This document shows positions 17,843-27,872 of a stretch of 64,000 bases of DNA, one piece after another. Where the stretch lies: positions 163,726-227,725 of the IMG/VR virus record IMGVR_UViG_3300013120_000738. The stretch is one strand, 5' to 3'. The position numbers and the translations under genes are program-made. The notes below the pieces were generated by a model. That model did no database searches. It saw only the letters and a list, made by a program, of their open reading frames with translations, and had not been told where the DNA came from. Every line of letters begins with the position of its first letter. Position 1 is the stretch's first letter.

Positions 17843-19009
17843 CTAGAAGCGAAGCCGCCTCGCCTTCTTGTCCTTCCGGTTGAGAATGAACTGAGGCATC
17901 TCAACCGGTGTGGTAGCGATAGCAATCCTCGCCTGATTGTTGATCTCCTGCAGATGCGGATTCACCCGCAAAGTCCGCCACTCGCTCTCCTGCCAGAGAT
18001 ACTGCTGCTCCGGCATCGCAGTCCGAATCATCGGCCAGCGAGTATTCTTCGACTGAACCACCTGCTTGTGGCCCAATCCTGAATACTGCCGGAACACCCG
18101 ACCACTCATTTGCATCGTCGGACCCTTCCCCGAATCCCTCACCCACGCCGTAGCCAACGAAGGCTCATCAAAACCCTCCGTCAAGACCATGCAATTAATG
18201 AGACAAGGAATGTCGCCAGCCCGAAACGCCTGAAGTTTGTCCTCAGTCACCTTCGGCTCTCCACCGCGTACGACGTCGCTGACGATCCCTCGCTTCTGGA
18301 AGAGGTTGTGTAGCTCAAAACACTGCTCCAACTCCAGAAAGTAGAAGATCGACTTGCCCCAGCGATCCGGCTCAGCACAATAGAAATCGCAAATGGTCTC
18401 CGGATCCCACTTCGGGATCGAGAAATGGTGGTACTTGCTGAGGAAGCCATCCTGAATCAACTGATGGATACCCGCGTCCTTGATGACCTTCGAGAAGCAA
18501 AGCTTCATGCTGTCGGTCCGAAAGGGCGTCGCAGTCAGCCCAAGAACGAAGTCCGGCTCAATCGTGTTGTGCAAGTGAGTGCACGAGCTTGCGGCGTCGT
18601 GTTGTGCTTCGTCTATTATCATGAGGACCTTCTTACCGGCCTGTTTGGCGGCCAGAAGCTTCTCAGGATAACGATCGAACATCGACGTCGGGTGAAAATC
18701 CTGTAGGTCGATACCCTTCTGTGTGTTCTCGCGGCCAACCTGTCCAAGAAGGTTCCGCCGCATCGCCACCCAGCCCGTAACAAGATCAGGGAACTGAGAG
18801 CGGAGAACTTTCGCCAGAACGAGCCCCATGATGGACTTGCCGCTGCCGGTGGGACTCTCCACCATCACCGACTGCACAGCCGGTTCGATCTCGTCGGCAC
18901 CGTTCACATACTTGCCAGTGAACATGTCCACAGCTTTACCAACGATCCGACGCTGGTAGGGGCGTGGCTCCACACCTGTGCCGCTAATCGCGGCCTCGAT
19001 CCGTTTCAT
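17843..19009 (-). CDS. Superfamily II (ResIII/UvsW-like) helicase
   Basis: SPTGSGKS, DEAQH, GLTATPFRTD, INCMVLTEGFDEP, QMSGR. Confidence 0.92.
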   Translation of the reverse strand: MKRIEAAISGTGVEPRPYQRRIVGKAVDMFTGKYVNGADEIEPAVQSVMVESPTGSGKSIMGLVLAKVLRSQFPDLVTGWVAMRRNLLGQVGRENTQKGIDLQDFHPTSMFDRYPEKLLAAKQAGKKVLMIIDEAQHDAASSCTHLHNTIEPDFVLGLTATPFRTDSMKLCFSKVIKDAGIHQLIQDGFLSKYHHFSIPKWDPETICDFYCAEPDRWGKSIFYFLELEQCFELHNLFQKRGIVSDVVRGGEPKVTEDKLQAFRAGDIPCLINCMVLTEGFDEPSLATAWVRDSGKGPTMQMSGRVFRQYSGLGHKQVVQSKNTRWPMIRTAMPEQQYLWQESEWRTLRVNPHLQEINNQARIAIATTPVEMPQFILNRKDKKARRLRF

Positions 19010-19083
19010 AGCTGTCTCCTGTGCTTGGAATACACGAACTTATCCTGTGTACTCCTGTGACGAGCAACCCCCCAGGAGGTAAA

Positions 19084-19272
19084 TCAAGCAGCCCAAGCCC
19101 AACGAATACTAGTCGTCGCGTCCTTACCATTCGAAGGATGATATACCGTATACCAACCCTTCACAACAGCGACAACAATGAAACCCCTGTACGGACCTTC
19201 CTCGATCGTGTCGTCGACCTTGTACCTAGCTCCAGACAAAATGATGTCCCCCCAATTCCTCGATACGGTCAT
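19084..19272 (-). CDS. Hypothetical protein
   Basis: ORF in operon. Confidence 0.45.
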   Translation of the reverse strand: MTVSRNWGDIILSGARYKVDDTIEEGPYRGFIVVAVVKGWYTVYHPSNGKDATTSIRWAWAA

Positions 19273-19630
19273 GGATGGCCTTCACCCATTCGTAATCATT
19301 GGCCGTCCCAACATACGGAACGGCATCCCGAAAGATGATCAGACGACGCAACTCCTCATCGAAAGCAGGTACCACAAACGAAGCTCCCCAGTTATAGACG
19401 AGCTCCCCGTCCCACTCCCAAATGACGCAGCCCCGATCATCCTCCTTGTACAAGTTGATCTTGCCGAGCCAACATGTACCGTGATGTTCCTTCATCGCGG
19501 CAATGAGTTCCCGGTTAGTGTCATTGAGGACATCATCGGCCTCCGCTGGACAAAATCCACCACCCTGGCGGACAGAGTTCATGAAGGCCCGAAGATGCCT
19601 CTTCTTTGCCGCTGCCAACGTCGTTGTCAT
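19226..19630 (-). CDS. Hypothetical protein
   Basis: ORF downstream of promoter 19770. Confidence 0.6.
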   Translation of the reverse strand: MTTTLAAAKKRHLRAFMNSVRQGGGFCPAEADDVLNDTNRELIAAMKEHHGTCWLGKINLYKEDDRGCVIWEWDGELVYNWGASFVVPAFDEELRRLIIFRDAVPYVGTANDYEWVKAIHDRIEELGGHHFVWS

Positions 19631-19791
19631 GTCAGTCGTCCCCTAAACCATAATCGTCGATATCTGAAGTGAAAGACCCAGTATGGCTCCTATGCGGACA
19701 ATCCAAACAATCGTTAATCACAATAACCTTCGCTCGTGGCGACAATACCATAATGTCCTCCCCGAACCCTGTGACAGACAATCCCCAGGAG

Positions 19792-20064
19792 TTAAGTCCT
19801 CGGAACTACCCCATACGCTCTCTTGCGATACAAATCCTTATACCGAAGCGTCGCAAAAGTCTGAGCGATCCCGTCCCGCAACCGACGCTTCATCCGATTC
19901 GCCTGGCCCACAGTCAAAATCGCCTCAGAAAAATCACCACTACAAATATTGCGATCCTTCGTAAGTTCATCAATACCCTCATTGACCAGATCCATCACAT
20001 CATCAAAAAGATGCTCCCGGATCTCCTCTACCTGTTGCATCGTCACTGGCTTTATTCTTGGCAC
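19792..20064 (-). CDS. Hypothetical protein
   Basis: GAGGAGG RBS. Confidence 0.6.
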   Translation of the reverse strand: MPRIKPVTMQQVEEIREHLFDDVMDLVNEGIDELTKDRNICSGDFSEAILTVGQANRMKRRLRDGIAQTFATLRYKDLYRKRAYGVVPRT

Positions 20065-20318
20065 AATATCCTCCTCAATCTATCAGGATTTCCAGAAGTC
20101 GTAAAAACAAATGACGACCTAGTCGCCCTAGATCCAGTCGGTGTCACCCGCAAAACCGTATACTCCTCTTCATTGTACACCAACGTACCATGATCAGGAG
20201 CATAAACAATAAGGTCAGAATCAGGATTCTCCACCCGATCAGACACAGCCCAAAGCAAAGTACCATCAGTACCACTTATAGGTTGCTCAATCAAGTGATA
20301 GAAATGAAGATCAGTCAC
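20052..20318 (-). CDS. Hypothetical protein
   Basis: ORF in operon. Confidence 0.55.
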   Translation of the reverse strand: MTDLHFYHLIEQPISGTDGTLLWAVSDRVENPDSDLIVYAPDHGTLVYNEEEYTVLRVTPTGSRATRSSFVFTTSGNPDRLRRILCQE

Positions 20319-20975
20319 TTAAGACTCCAAGTATTCAGCAGCAGCTCTAAGCCGTTCTGGATTATCACCAAAAAGGCCTATACCACTATTACAATTCGAG
20401 CACAATAAACCACGATATTTGCCAGTTTTATGACAATGATCAATATGAAATGATGGACCAGTCGGTGATTTACAAATCTCACAAGTAGTACCCACCATTT
20501 CAGCTATTTCGAGGGCTTTTTCATTCGGCACACCCATTTTCTTACAACGACGAAGGATATGCTGTCGCTTATGAGCGGCACCAGTACAGTGCTTACAAGT
20601 AGATCTTCTACCATCATAACTATACTTGCTCTTCCAAAAATCCGTTAATGGTAGCTGACATTTACATTTGGTACAAACACGCTTACCATCTGAAAGAGTA
20701 ATCGCATGCCGGTGGCACTTTATACAAATAGAAGCTTTAGATGATTTCCGACCACCACATTGCGGACAAACATCCCTACCAGTACGAAGTTTTATATCAG
20801 TGCATTTTCTACATTGCTTCGCACGTTTGCTCTTACGAGCACCACAAGAGCATAAATCATACCGATTAGCTTGTGTTTGTGCTTTAGTTAATTGTTGTTC
20901 AACCTTCCTACAACCACCACACTGTTTGGCACGTCTATCCTTTTGCTTACCACACTTTGGGCATTTGTCTTTCAT
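20319..20975 (-). mobile_element. Endonuclease VII-family homing-type nuclease with repeated Zn knuckles
   Basis: CEICK...HIDHCHKTGKYRGLLCSNCNSGIG...DNP..L..AAEYL; repeated CxxCG..K....K.C..C. Confidence 0.88.
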
Positions 20976-22543
20976 TTGAAGCACCAATTAAATCGAGAAA
21001 CATTTGCTAGTACACAACCCATGACTTCTGTATATTTACCAGCAAATCTCTCATCATGCCAAGACATCCCCAACCCATGAACAAACTCATGTGCAGCAAC
21101 AGCAATAAGTTGTTTCTTCCCCTCCGACTTAAAATTCCACCGCTTCTTGAAGGACTTCGAGTAGCTGGCGTTCTGCTCAACCACCTTGCACGGGTTCAAG
21201 TAATAGACTCTCCCATAATCGCCCCGCTCATGCTGAGCAGCATCATCTTCGCTGAAAAGGAATCCTATGGAGAATTCATCCTCGACATCGAACAACCGAT
21301 GCATCTCCAGCATTATCCGACCCCAAAACCGGGCCAACTTAGTACTGTGGCTGGAGAACTCACCACTGCCCGGATCATAGTAAGCCGGAACCTTCAAATC
21401 CGTCTCATTCTTAAGGACGAACTGATGCCCCAGGGTAGCAACCTGCCGACGCGGTACCGGCCGCACCTCATCCGAATAAGCAGCCGCTCTGACCGGTCGG
21501 TCAGTCTCCGCCACCAAGTGGTATAGAGGATCCTGCGGTTCGTCCCCATCGACCACATCAATTCCATCCTGTGGCGACTCGACGATAGTAGGGGCAATTT
21601 GATCCTTCTCGACCCCATTAGGATACCCAGGATGCTCCCGTACTGGCTCCGGCGGAGCAACCGGCTCTGCCACCAGGTCCACTACATCCAAAGTCCGCTG
21701 ATGGCAAAGCTTCGTCCCATGGTACTCCTTATACCGAGGACCACGCCGACGATCCTTCAAAGCCGAGGACTTATCAACCGCCAGCTCCGTCACAAAATCC
21801 GAGAGCTCATTGCGGTACGGATTTACCAGCCCGTCGCGGTTCGCCGTTAGTACGTCATTACTCGCACCTTTCAGCTCAACGATAACCGTCCTATCGAACC
21901 CAGTCGACTGGACGAACATCGGAATCCCCCCAATCCTGACACACAGACGGTATTTTTTCGACCGGTTGGTCCAAACCTTACCGAAACCCAGGTCTCTTCG
22001 AGGACTACCTTTTCGGTAGGAAGTATCCAGGGTATTCCCGTCTACTTCGAGGGTACCGCTCCATTGAGCCCAGAAGGCGAACTTGCCGAAATTCTGGCGT
22101 AATTCCTCCTGCTGATCACCCTTCATGATCACGTCCGAACGCGTACCATGAAAATAGGTCTCTTCTCGCAGATCGTAATCGCCGCCACAGCCATCCGCAA
22201 CCCACGACCCAGAATGGATCTTCCAAGACTTGTGGGTAAAATAGAGAAGCTCTTTAGCTTTACCGAACCCCCCGACAGTGTGGTCAAAGTCCTTACCGGA
22301 CTCACCCAGGGCTAAGAGTTTGTCGCAAAGCTCCTCGCGGCTCATGGGGGCACCGTTATTCTCGACGGTAACCCAAGTATCTCCCTCAGGAGTCAGGCCG
22401 ATCTTGACCTGAATGTACATGCAACCGGGAGCATCCGTACAATTCTGGAGAATCTCCCGAACCCAAGCCCAGGTCGGATCCTCATAGTCGTTGGGGACCT
22501 TAGCAAAGAAAGAAGGCCCGATACGTACCTGATGCTGTGCCAT
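20972..22543 (-). CDS. GHKL (HATPase_c-like) ATPase with C-terminal HExxH motif
   Basis: REILQN, VENNG, ALGESGK, GGFGKAK; VAAHEFVHGLGMSWHDERF. Confidence 0.8.
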   Translation of the reverse strand: MAQHQVRIGPSFFAKVPNDYEDPTWAWVREILQNCTDAPGCMYIQVKIGLTPEGDTWVTVENNGAPMSREELCDKLLALGESGKDFDHTVGGFGKAKELLYFTHKSWKIHSGSWVADGCGGDYDLREETYFHGTRSDVIMKGDQQEELRQNFGKFAFWAQWSGTLEVDGNTLDTSYRKGSPRRDLGFGKVWTNRSKKYRLCVRIGGIPMFVQSTGFDRTVIVELKGASNDVLTANRDGLVNPYRNELSDFVTELAVDKSSALKDRRRGPRYKEYHGTKLCHQRTLDVVDLVAEPVAPPEPVREHPGYPNGVEKDQIAPTIVESPQDGIDVVDGDEPQDPLYHLVAETDRPVRAAAYSDEVRPVPRRQVATLGHQFVLKNETDLKVPAYYDPGSGEFSSHSTKLARFWGRIMLEMHRLFDVEDEFSIGFLFSEDDAAQHERGDYGRVYYLNPCKVVEQNASYSKSFKKRWNFKSEGKKQLIAVAAHEFVHGLGMSWHDERFAGKYTEVMGCVLANVSRFNWCFK

Positions 22544-22615
22544 CGTCGATATCTCCTGTGCTGAAGAATATACTTCCGATGACCCCATGTGACGAACCCA
22601 CCGCCAGAGGGTAAA

Positions 22616-22891
22616 TTAGGGGGATTCCTCCGACAAAGCCGCCACAAGCTCCTCAGCAAACCGAAACCCGCGTTCACGAGCTAGGACATCCGCCGTCTGG
22701 CAGTCGATTACCTCATCGTTCCAGTACAACAGCCCATCCCTCGCGGTGATCTCGACGTCCTCATCCAGAACTTCGAGGAGGGCTCGAACGTAGCCGGAAT
22801 GATAGTTCCATTGCTTGCTATCATCCGGCCAACGCTCTATAGCCGCTCTCCCGATCTGCAGACGACGCTTAACCTCGTCCACAGACATCAT
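22616..22891 (-). CDS. Hypothetical protein
   Basis: ATGA-coupled. Confidence 0.6.
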   Translation of the reverse strand: MMSVDEVKRRLQIGRAAIERWPDDSKQWNYHSGYVRALLEVLDEDVEITARDGLLYWNDEVIDCQTADVLARERGFRFAEELVAALSEESP

Positions 22892-23085
22892 TGCTGGTCA
22901 CCCCGCTGCTGGTAGTCCATACGAACGCGGTGCAAACGACGACCGAGTGCCACGAGTTCTTCCTCGGTCTCGCCATCAAGCTCATGAATGAGCGAAGAAA
23001 GCAGACGAGCCATCGGAAGATTAAACGAGCACTGAACAACCCCCTGAAACACCGGGGGCACATTAAAAACCGGCTTCTGAGCCAT
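22888..23085 (-). CDS. Hypothetical protein
   Basis: GGAGG RBS. Confidence 0.55.
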   Translation of the reverse strand: MAQKPVFNVPPVFQGVVQCSFNLPMARLLSSLIHELDGETEEELVALGRRLHRVRMDYQQRGDQQ

Positions 23086-23116
23086 AGCGACCTCCTCAAG
23101 TGGATAGAAATACGAG

Positions 23117-23653
23117 TTACTCTACCGACTCTGTGGCAGAAGCAATACTCTGAAGTAAATCCACAATAGGACTCAGCATCTGCCCCAAATCATCCTTCTC
23201 ATTGTCAATAAGACCCCGCAGAGCGTCCGCATACTCCCCAGCATTCTTCGAGACGCGATACCACCGACCCACAACAGTCCTAAGGGCTAACAAGATCGAA
23301 CCCTCCCCATGATAGGACTCAATAATCTCGAAGACATTAGCCCCGCATTCGGCATCGATCCGCCATCCAATTGTTTGACGCTGATGCTCGGCGAGCAACC
23401 TCCCAGCCATGTCCGATATCTCCAGGGCTTCCTTAAAATGAATCTCCCCAGGACTAAATCTCGGCTCCCTAACCCATTTGAAGGTGGGTACGCAGGACGC
23501 AGAATCCAACCGGTTATCCCAACCTTCATCCAAAATTTTCGAGATGGCCTCTTTCTTGTCGGTAGCCCGTACCGTAATCCGGCCGATGGTACCTTCCTGA
23601 TCTTGATCGTCCATCCAACCAAGATTACAAACCCACAGATCCTCGCGTGACAT
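23117..23653 (-). CDS. Hypothetical protein
   Basis: Operator 23659 overlaps the RBS. Confidence 0.7.
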   Translation of the reverse strand: MSREDLWVCNLGWMDDQDQEGTIGRITVRATDKKEAISKILDEGWDNRLDSASCVPTFKWVREPRFSPGEIHFKEALEISDMAGRLLAEHQRQTIGWRIDAECGANVFEIIESYHGEGSILLALRTVVGRWYRVSKNAGEYADALRGLIDNEKDDLGQMLSPIVDLLQSIASATESVE

Positions 23654-23673
23654 CGTGATTTCCTCTCTGGAAA

Positions 23674-24192
23674 TTAGAGGGATTTTAAGTAAGCCTGGAC
23701 CTCAGGGTGCCAGTCCTCTTGAAGATCATAGAAGGGTGTGTCCGCCGCCTCAGCAGCCTGACAACCAGGATGAGTGTCATAATCAAAATCGTCGCCTTGG
23801 GGCTCCTCCCAATAATCAGAAAACCCACCCTTCGTCGACCGCATGTCCACATGCTCAAGGACACTCCGGACAAGATCACAGACTTTCTTCGAGGCCTCGC
23901 CCATCTCAGGGAGAATATCCAAGAGCTCTGAACCGCTGTCCGAAGCGTAACCATTATCGACCCACTGGGCAAACCCACCATTTTCAACCTGATAGTTCAG
24001 ATTCCCCAGCATTACCGCCCGTCTCTCAGCTACACTGAGCTCCCGAAGGAATTGGGCGTATGTCCAAGATCTTGCGACGACGTCACCAGCAGCTTTACTG
24101 GTCGCTTCGCACTTCCTCCCTTGTTCTTGCCACTTATCGTAAGCAGCGTTCATGAGTTGTTGCCAGAGGCTATTGTCATCTACCGTTGCCAT
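23674..24192 (-). CDS. DMP19/DUF4375-family protein (DNA-mimic family)
   Basis: LNYQVENGGFAQWVDNGY; acidic; operator 24209 upstream. Confidence 0.75.
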   Translation of the reverse strand: MATVDDNSLWQQLMNAAYDKWQEQGRKCEATSKAAGDVVARSWTYAQFLRELSVAERRAVMLGNLNYQVENGGFAQWVDNGYASDSGSELLDILPEMGEASKKVCDLVRSVLEHVDMRSTKGGFSDYWEEPQGDDFDYDTHPGCQAAEAADTPFYDLQEDWHPEVQAYLKSL

Positions 24193-24225
24193 GCTCAACC
24201 TCCGATGATTTCCTAGCAGGAAATC

Positions 24226-24531
24226 CTAGTTGGCCAGATGATCCTCGTCCTGGCTCAAGTGGTTACGAAATGAATCCCCCCAATCCACCAAAGGCTTGTG
24301 AGAGACCTTGCCCTCGGTGAAGACTTCTTTGTTCTCTTCCCACCACGCACCAAGCAGAATTGTTTGTTGGACTTGTTCCATGCTTGGTAGGACGTCTGGG
24401 TGCCGATGGGTGATTGTGTCGCGGATCCCGCAGGGGACGAATGCCCCGTTAACATCTTGGGTGATCGCGATTTCCCACTGACGATCTGCTCCCTCGAGCA
24501 GAATTACACCAACAACTTGTGGTTTTGACAT
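24226..24531 (-). CDS. Hypothetical protein
   Basis: GAGGAGG RBS; promoter 24555. Confidence 0.65.
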   Translation of the reverse strand: MSKPQVVGVILLEGADRQWEIAITQDVNGAFVPCGIRDTITHRHPDVLPSMEQVQQTILLGAWWEENKEVFTEGKVSHKPLVDWGDSFRNHLSQDEDHLAN

Positions 24532-24607
24532 ATTACTGTCCTCCTCTGACTTACTGTGACAAACTACAGCCCTATGTTAATTTCGTACTAGGCTGCAAAC
24601 ATAAAAT

Positions 24608-25075
24608 ATGAAAACTTGTGAAAGATGCGAACAACCACAACCTATTACACACTTCAAATTACATAGAGGTAAAAGAGGAAATATATGTCGAAAATGTAGA
24701 AATAATGCAGCAAAAGCTAAAAATCGTTGCCCCCATTGCTACAAACCATTAGAAAATAATAGATGCCAACATTGTGGTAAACGTCACAAACAACGATATC
24801 AAGAAATAAAGAAAATAGTAATTGAACATTATGGTGGTAAGTGCCAATGCCCAGGATGCCAAGAAGATCGATTACCATTCCTTACTATAGATCATAAAAA
24901 TGGAGACGGAGCAGAACACCGCAGAAAAATCCCAGCAGCGAGAAAAAGAATTTACGCCTGGCTCCTAAAAGAAAACTTCCCAGACGATTTCCAAATATTA
25001 TGTTGGAACTGTAATTGTGCGAAATCTACTGATGGGCATTGCCCAGTACATACGCAAACAGCCCCACCCAAATAG
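24608..25075 (+). mobile_element. HNH endonuclease
   Basis: YGGKCQCPGC...FLTIDHKNGDG...FQILCWNCN; AT-rich, antisense. Confidence 0.85.
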
Positions 25076-25087
25076 GTGGGGCTGTTT
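25056..25087. terminator. Bidirectional terminator
   Basis: AAACAGCCCCACC/GGTGGGGCTGTTT between convergent genes. Confidence 0.7.
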
Positions 25088-25113
25088 AACGCGAGCAAGG
25101 ACAGGCAGGTAAT

Positions 25114-25791
25114 TCATGCCTTGACGTACTTGGTGCACGAACTGCCCATGGCGTCCGTGAACTCTTCCATCTTGCCGGTGTCCCGACCGCAGATGACCGA
25201 CAAACGCTGCAGCGTACCAGGCTTGAAGGCCTTCTTCTCCACCGGATCGATCAGTTCAGCAGCCTGATCCTCGTCCAAAATCTCCTCCTTCACGAGCTTC
25301 GTGATAGCCCGCTCCAGAGCCTTCTCGATGACCTCGCTGACGCCCTCGACCGCCAAAACGTCCCGGTTGAACTGGATGGTGGTCTCCTCGTACAACAAGT
25401 CCGCCACCGCGTCCGCACCGAGCAAATCGGCCAATTCCTCTTCCTGCTCCGGCTTCACGCCGTACTGAGCGGACCGATCCTGCACGACCAGCGTGACCTT
25501 CTCGCCCGACGCGTTCTGCACGACCATGGGCGTCTCGGGGAACACACCGATGTCGGCGTACGTGCTGAAGAATTGGGCCTCGGCGTAAGGCAACACAACC
25601 GCTTTGTGCACCTTCATCTTCGCGTCGATGGCCTTCTTGTCCGCCGCGAGTTGCGTCAACTCGTGCACGGACTCGGCGACTTTCTCGGAGGCGGGATCGC
25701 CGACCAACCACGTGGTCTGCTTTTTCTTAGTCTTCTTCGCACCCGCCTGCTTGTCCTGCTTCGCCGCAGCAGCTTTCGCAAAAAGTCCCAT
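25114..25791 (-). CDS. Hypothetical protein with basic N-terminal tail
   Basis: GAGGAGG RBS; promoter 25864. Confidence 0.75.
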   Translation of the reverse strand: MGLFAKAAAAKQDKQAGAKKTKKKQTTWLVGDPASEKVAESVHELTQLAADKKAIDAKMKVHKAVVLPYAEAQFFSTYADIGVFPETPMVVQNASGEKVTLVVQDRSAQYGVKPEQEEELADLLGADAVADLLYEETTIQFNRDVLAVEGVSEVIEKALERAITKLVKEEILDEDQAAELIDPVEKKAFKPGTLQRLSVICGRDTGKMEEFTDAMGSSCTKYVKA

Positions 25792-25895
25792 GATGGACCT
25801 CCTCAAAGTGAAAACATCGTTCGCTCGGCAACCACCATGGTCGCCGCATCGTTGATATCGCACTGTGACAAATACGTCCACCAAGGTTAAATCAA

Positions 25896-26189
25896 CTACT
25901 CGTCCCCCTCCGCAGGTGGTGAAGCCTCCCGCATCTTCTTATCAATAACCGACTCGGTCGGCGTAACAGGAACAGACGGACCCATCTTCCCAGTACTAGG
26001 ACCCTTCACCATCGGCCCAGTCCTCTCCGGAGATTCGATACCTACCTTCTTAAAAATAGCATCCAACCTCCTACACAGAACATCAGCCGCCTCACGATGA
26101 TGAAAATTAATAGCTTCCATCTGAGCCGTCGAATCCGCGTCCAAATACATCCCCTTCAGCTCATCAATAACAACCTCAAACTGAGACAT
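25896..26189 (-). CDS. Hypothetical protein
   Basis: AGGAGG RBS. Confidence 0.6.
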   Translation of the reverse strand: MSQFEVVIDELKGMYLDADSTAQMEAINFHHREAADVLCRRLDAIFKKVGIESPERTGPMVKGPSTGKMGPSVPVTPTESVIDKKMREASPPAEGDE

Positions 26190-26198
26190 AATGTCCTC

Positions 26199-26498
26199 CT
26201 AAATTTGTTCATCCCAATCCCAATAGCCACCCTTCGCACCACAAACCTCATCACGCGAAGGAGTCTCAACCCGGCAACTAATAACATTATTCGTAGTCGA
26301 AGCCCTAATCTCCTCCGAACCCCCACCCTCCAAAGACTCCACAAGCTCCCCAACAGTCCTGGCCCCAACCGACGCCGCCATCTGCTGAAGAACCTCCTTA
26401 TCTTCATACCAATCATCCATATCCGCCTTAATAGCCCTAAACTCCCCCTCACGCTTCCTCACATGGATCTCCGGGTGATAAGCAACTATCTTTCCCAT
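26199..26498 (-). CDS. Hypothetical protein
   Basis: G/T-skewed codons. Confidence 0.6.
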   Translation of the reverse strand: MGKIVAYHPEIHVRKREGEFRAIKADMDDWYEDKEVLQQMAASVGARTVGELVESLEGGGSEEIRASTTNNVISCRVETPSRDEVCGAKGGYWDWDEQI

Positions 26499-26571
26499 TT
26501 AACCAGCCCCCTAGTCTTGGTAACACACGAGGAATAGGAATATCCCCGACACGTATTTAAAGGACAAGAGC

Positions 26572-27291
26572 ATGAACACCACAACAGTACCAGTCGATCG
26601 CTACATCTGGCCACCACGCCCCGACGCGGCCATCCCCAGGGACGAAACAGACTTCCTGAAGGGCTCGACCTGGATCGCACAACTGAAATACAACGACAGT
26701 CGCTGTCTAGTAAAATATTTACCCGACAACACCGTCGAACTCTGGAACCGACACGGCGAAAAATTCAGATCATACACATGCCCAGACTGGCTAGCCGAAC
26801 AACTCCTCGAAGTACGATTCCTACTCGGCCTAGCCCCAAACGAATACCACCTACTCGACGGAGGACTACTCGACGCCAAACACAGGGCAATCAAAGACAC
26901 CATCGTGGTCTGGGATGTACTCGTCGACTCCGGCATGTACCAAGTCGGCACCACCTACCGCGACCGGTACGAAAAGTACTTCGGTGCCCACACCCGACAA
27001 AGACCATTCTGGAACTTCAGCCACCAGGACTACGAAAAATCCCACACCTTCGGATTCGCCCTCACCAAGAACACATTCTTCCCATCCAACCACAAACACC
27101 AAACCTGGGACGAACTATGGGAACGAGTCCACGCCGTCAACAAACCCTGGCTAAACATGGGCGTCGGCCCCCTACTCGAAGGCCTCGTCTTCAAAGACCT
27201 CAGCGGCAAACTCAAAAGAGCCTACCGCGAGAAAAACAACCAACACTGGGTTATGCGATCCCGCGTAGCCACCGGACGACACGCATTCTAA
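26572..27291 (+). CDS. ATP-dependent ligase-type adenylation domain (atypical, no OB-fold)
   Basis: QLKYNDSR (motif I), LLDGGL, VWDVL, EGLVFK. Confidence 0.75.
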   Translation: MNTTTVPVDRYIWPPRPDAAIPRDETDFLKGSTWIAQLKYNDSRCLVKYLPDNTVELWNRHGEKFRSYTCPDWLAEQLLEVRFLLGLAPNEYHLLDGGLLDAKHRAIKDTIVVWDVLVDSGMYQVGTTYRDRYEKYFGAHTRQRPFWNFSHQDYEKSHTFGFALTKNTFFPSNHKHQTWDELWERVHAVNKPWLNMGVGPLLEGLVFKDLSGKLKRAYREKNNQHWVMRSRVATGRHAF

Positions 27292-27333
27292 CTCCCCACA
27301 GTCGGGGAACCACCAAATAAGGAAACCCTGACT

Positions 27334-27804
27334 ATGGAACGAATCCTCATCAAAACAGTCCCCACGGGCCGCATCGAAATAACCATCGACGGCCCAACCC
27401 CCCTTATCCAATTCAACTGCGACTGCCTAGACGCCCGCCCCATCTGCCAAGCAATCTGCTGCCGCAACCGCCCCGACTACGCATGCGCCATAGACAACCC
27501 AGAAGACCTAGAAACCTTCAAAGACTGCCTAATCCCACACCCATTCGTCCCACAAGTCAAACTATTACCCCACCACGGCGGCCACTGCCTATTCCTAGAC
27601 GAAGACTCCAAATGTTCCATACACGACCACAAACCAACCATCTGTACCCGCTGGCACTGCAGCCCCGAAGGCGGAACCGCCGAAATCCGCGACAAAGGCT
27701 TCAGCCTCATCCCAGCCCTCGGCGATCTCCAACATGATTGGATAGAAAAAACTTATCCCGAAGCACCTAAACCCTCACCCCGCCCTCAGGGGACCACCGA
27801 ATAA
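27334..27804 (+). CDS. YkgJ/CxxCxxCC cysteine-cluster protein
   Basis: ICQAICC, CLFLDEDSKCSIHDHKPTICTRW. Confidence 0.8.
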   Translation: MERILIKTVPTGRIEITIDGPTPLIQFNCDCLDARPICQAICCRNRPDYACAIDNPEDLETFKDCLIPHPFVPQVKLLPHHGGHCLFLDEDSKCSIHDHKPTICTRWHCSPEGGTAEIRDKGFSLIPALGDLQHDWIEKTYPEAPKPSPRPQGTTE

Positions 27805-27872
27805 GGAAACATTGAGTATGTAAGCTCAATGTATTTAAGGATCCCACTAAAATTTCCCATAAGGAAAGCATC

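Noticed and set aside
81-23383. Duplicated segments as DGR template/variable repeats
   Set aside because: Short copies are exact, paralog differences are not adenine-specific, and there is no reverse transcriptase in the window
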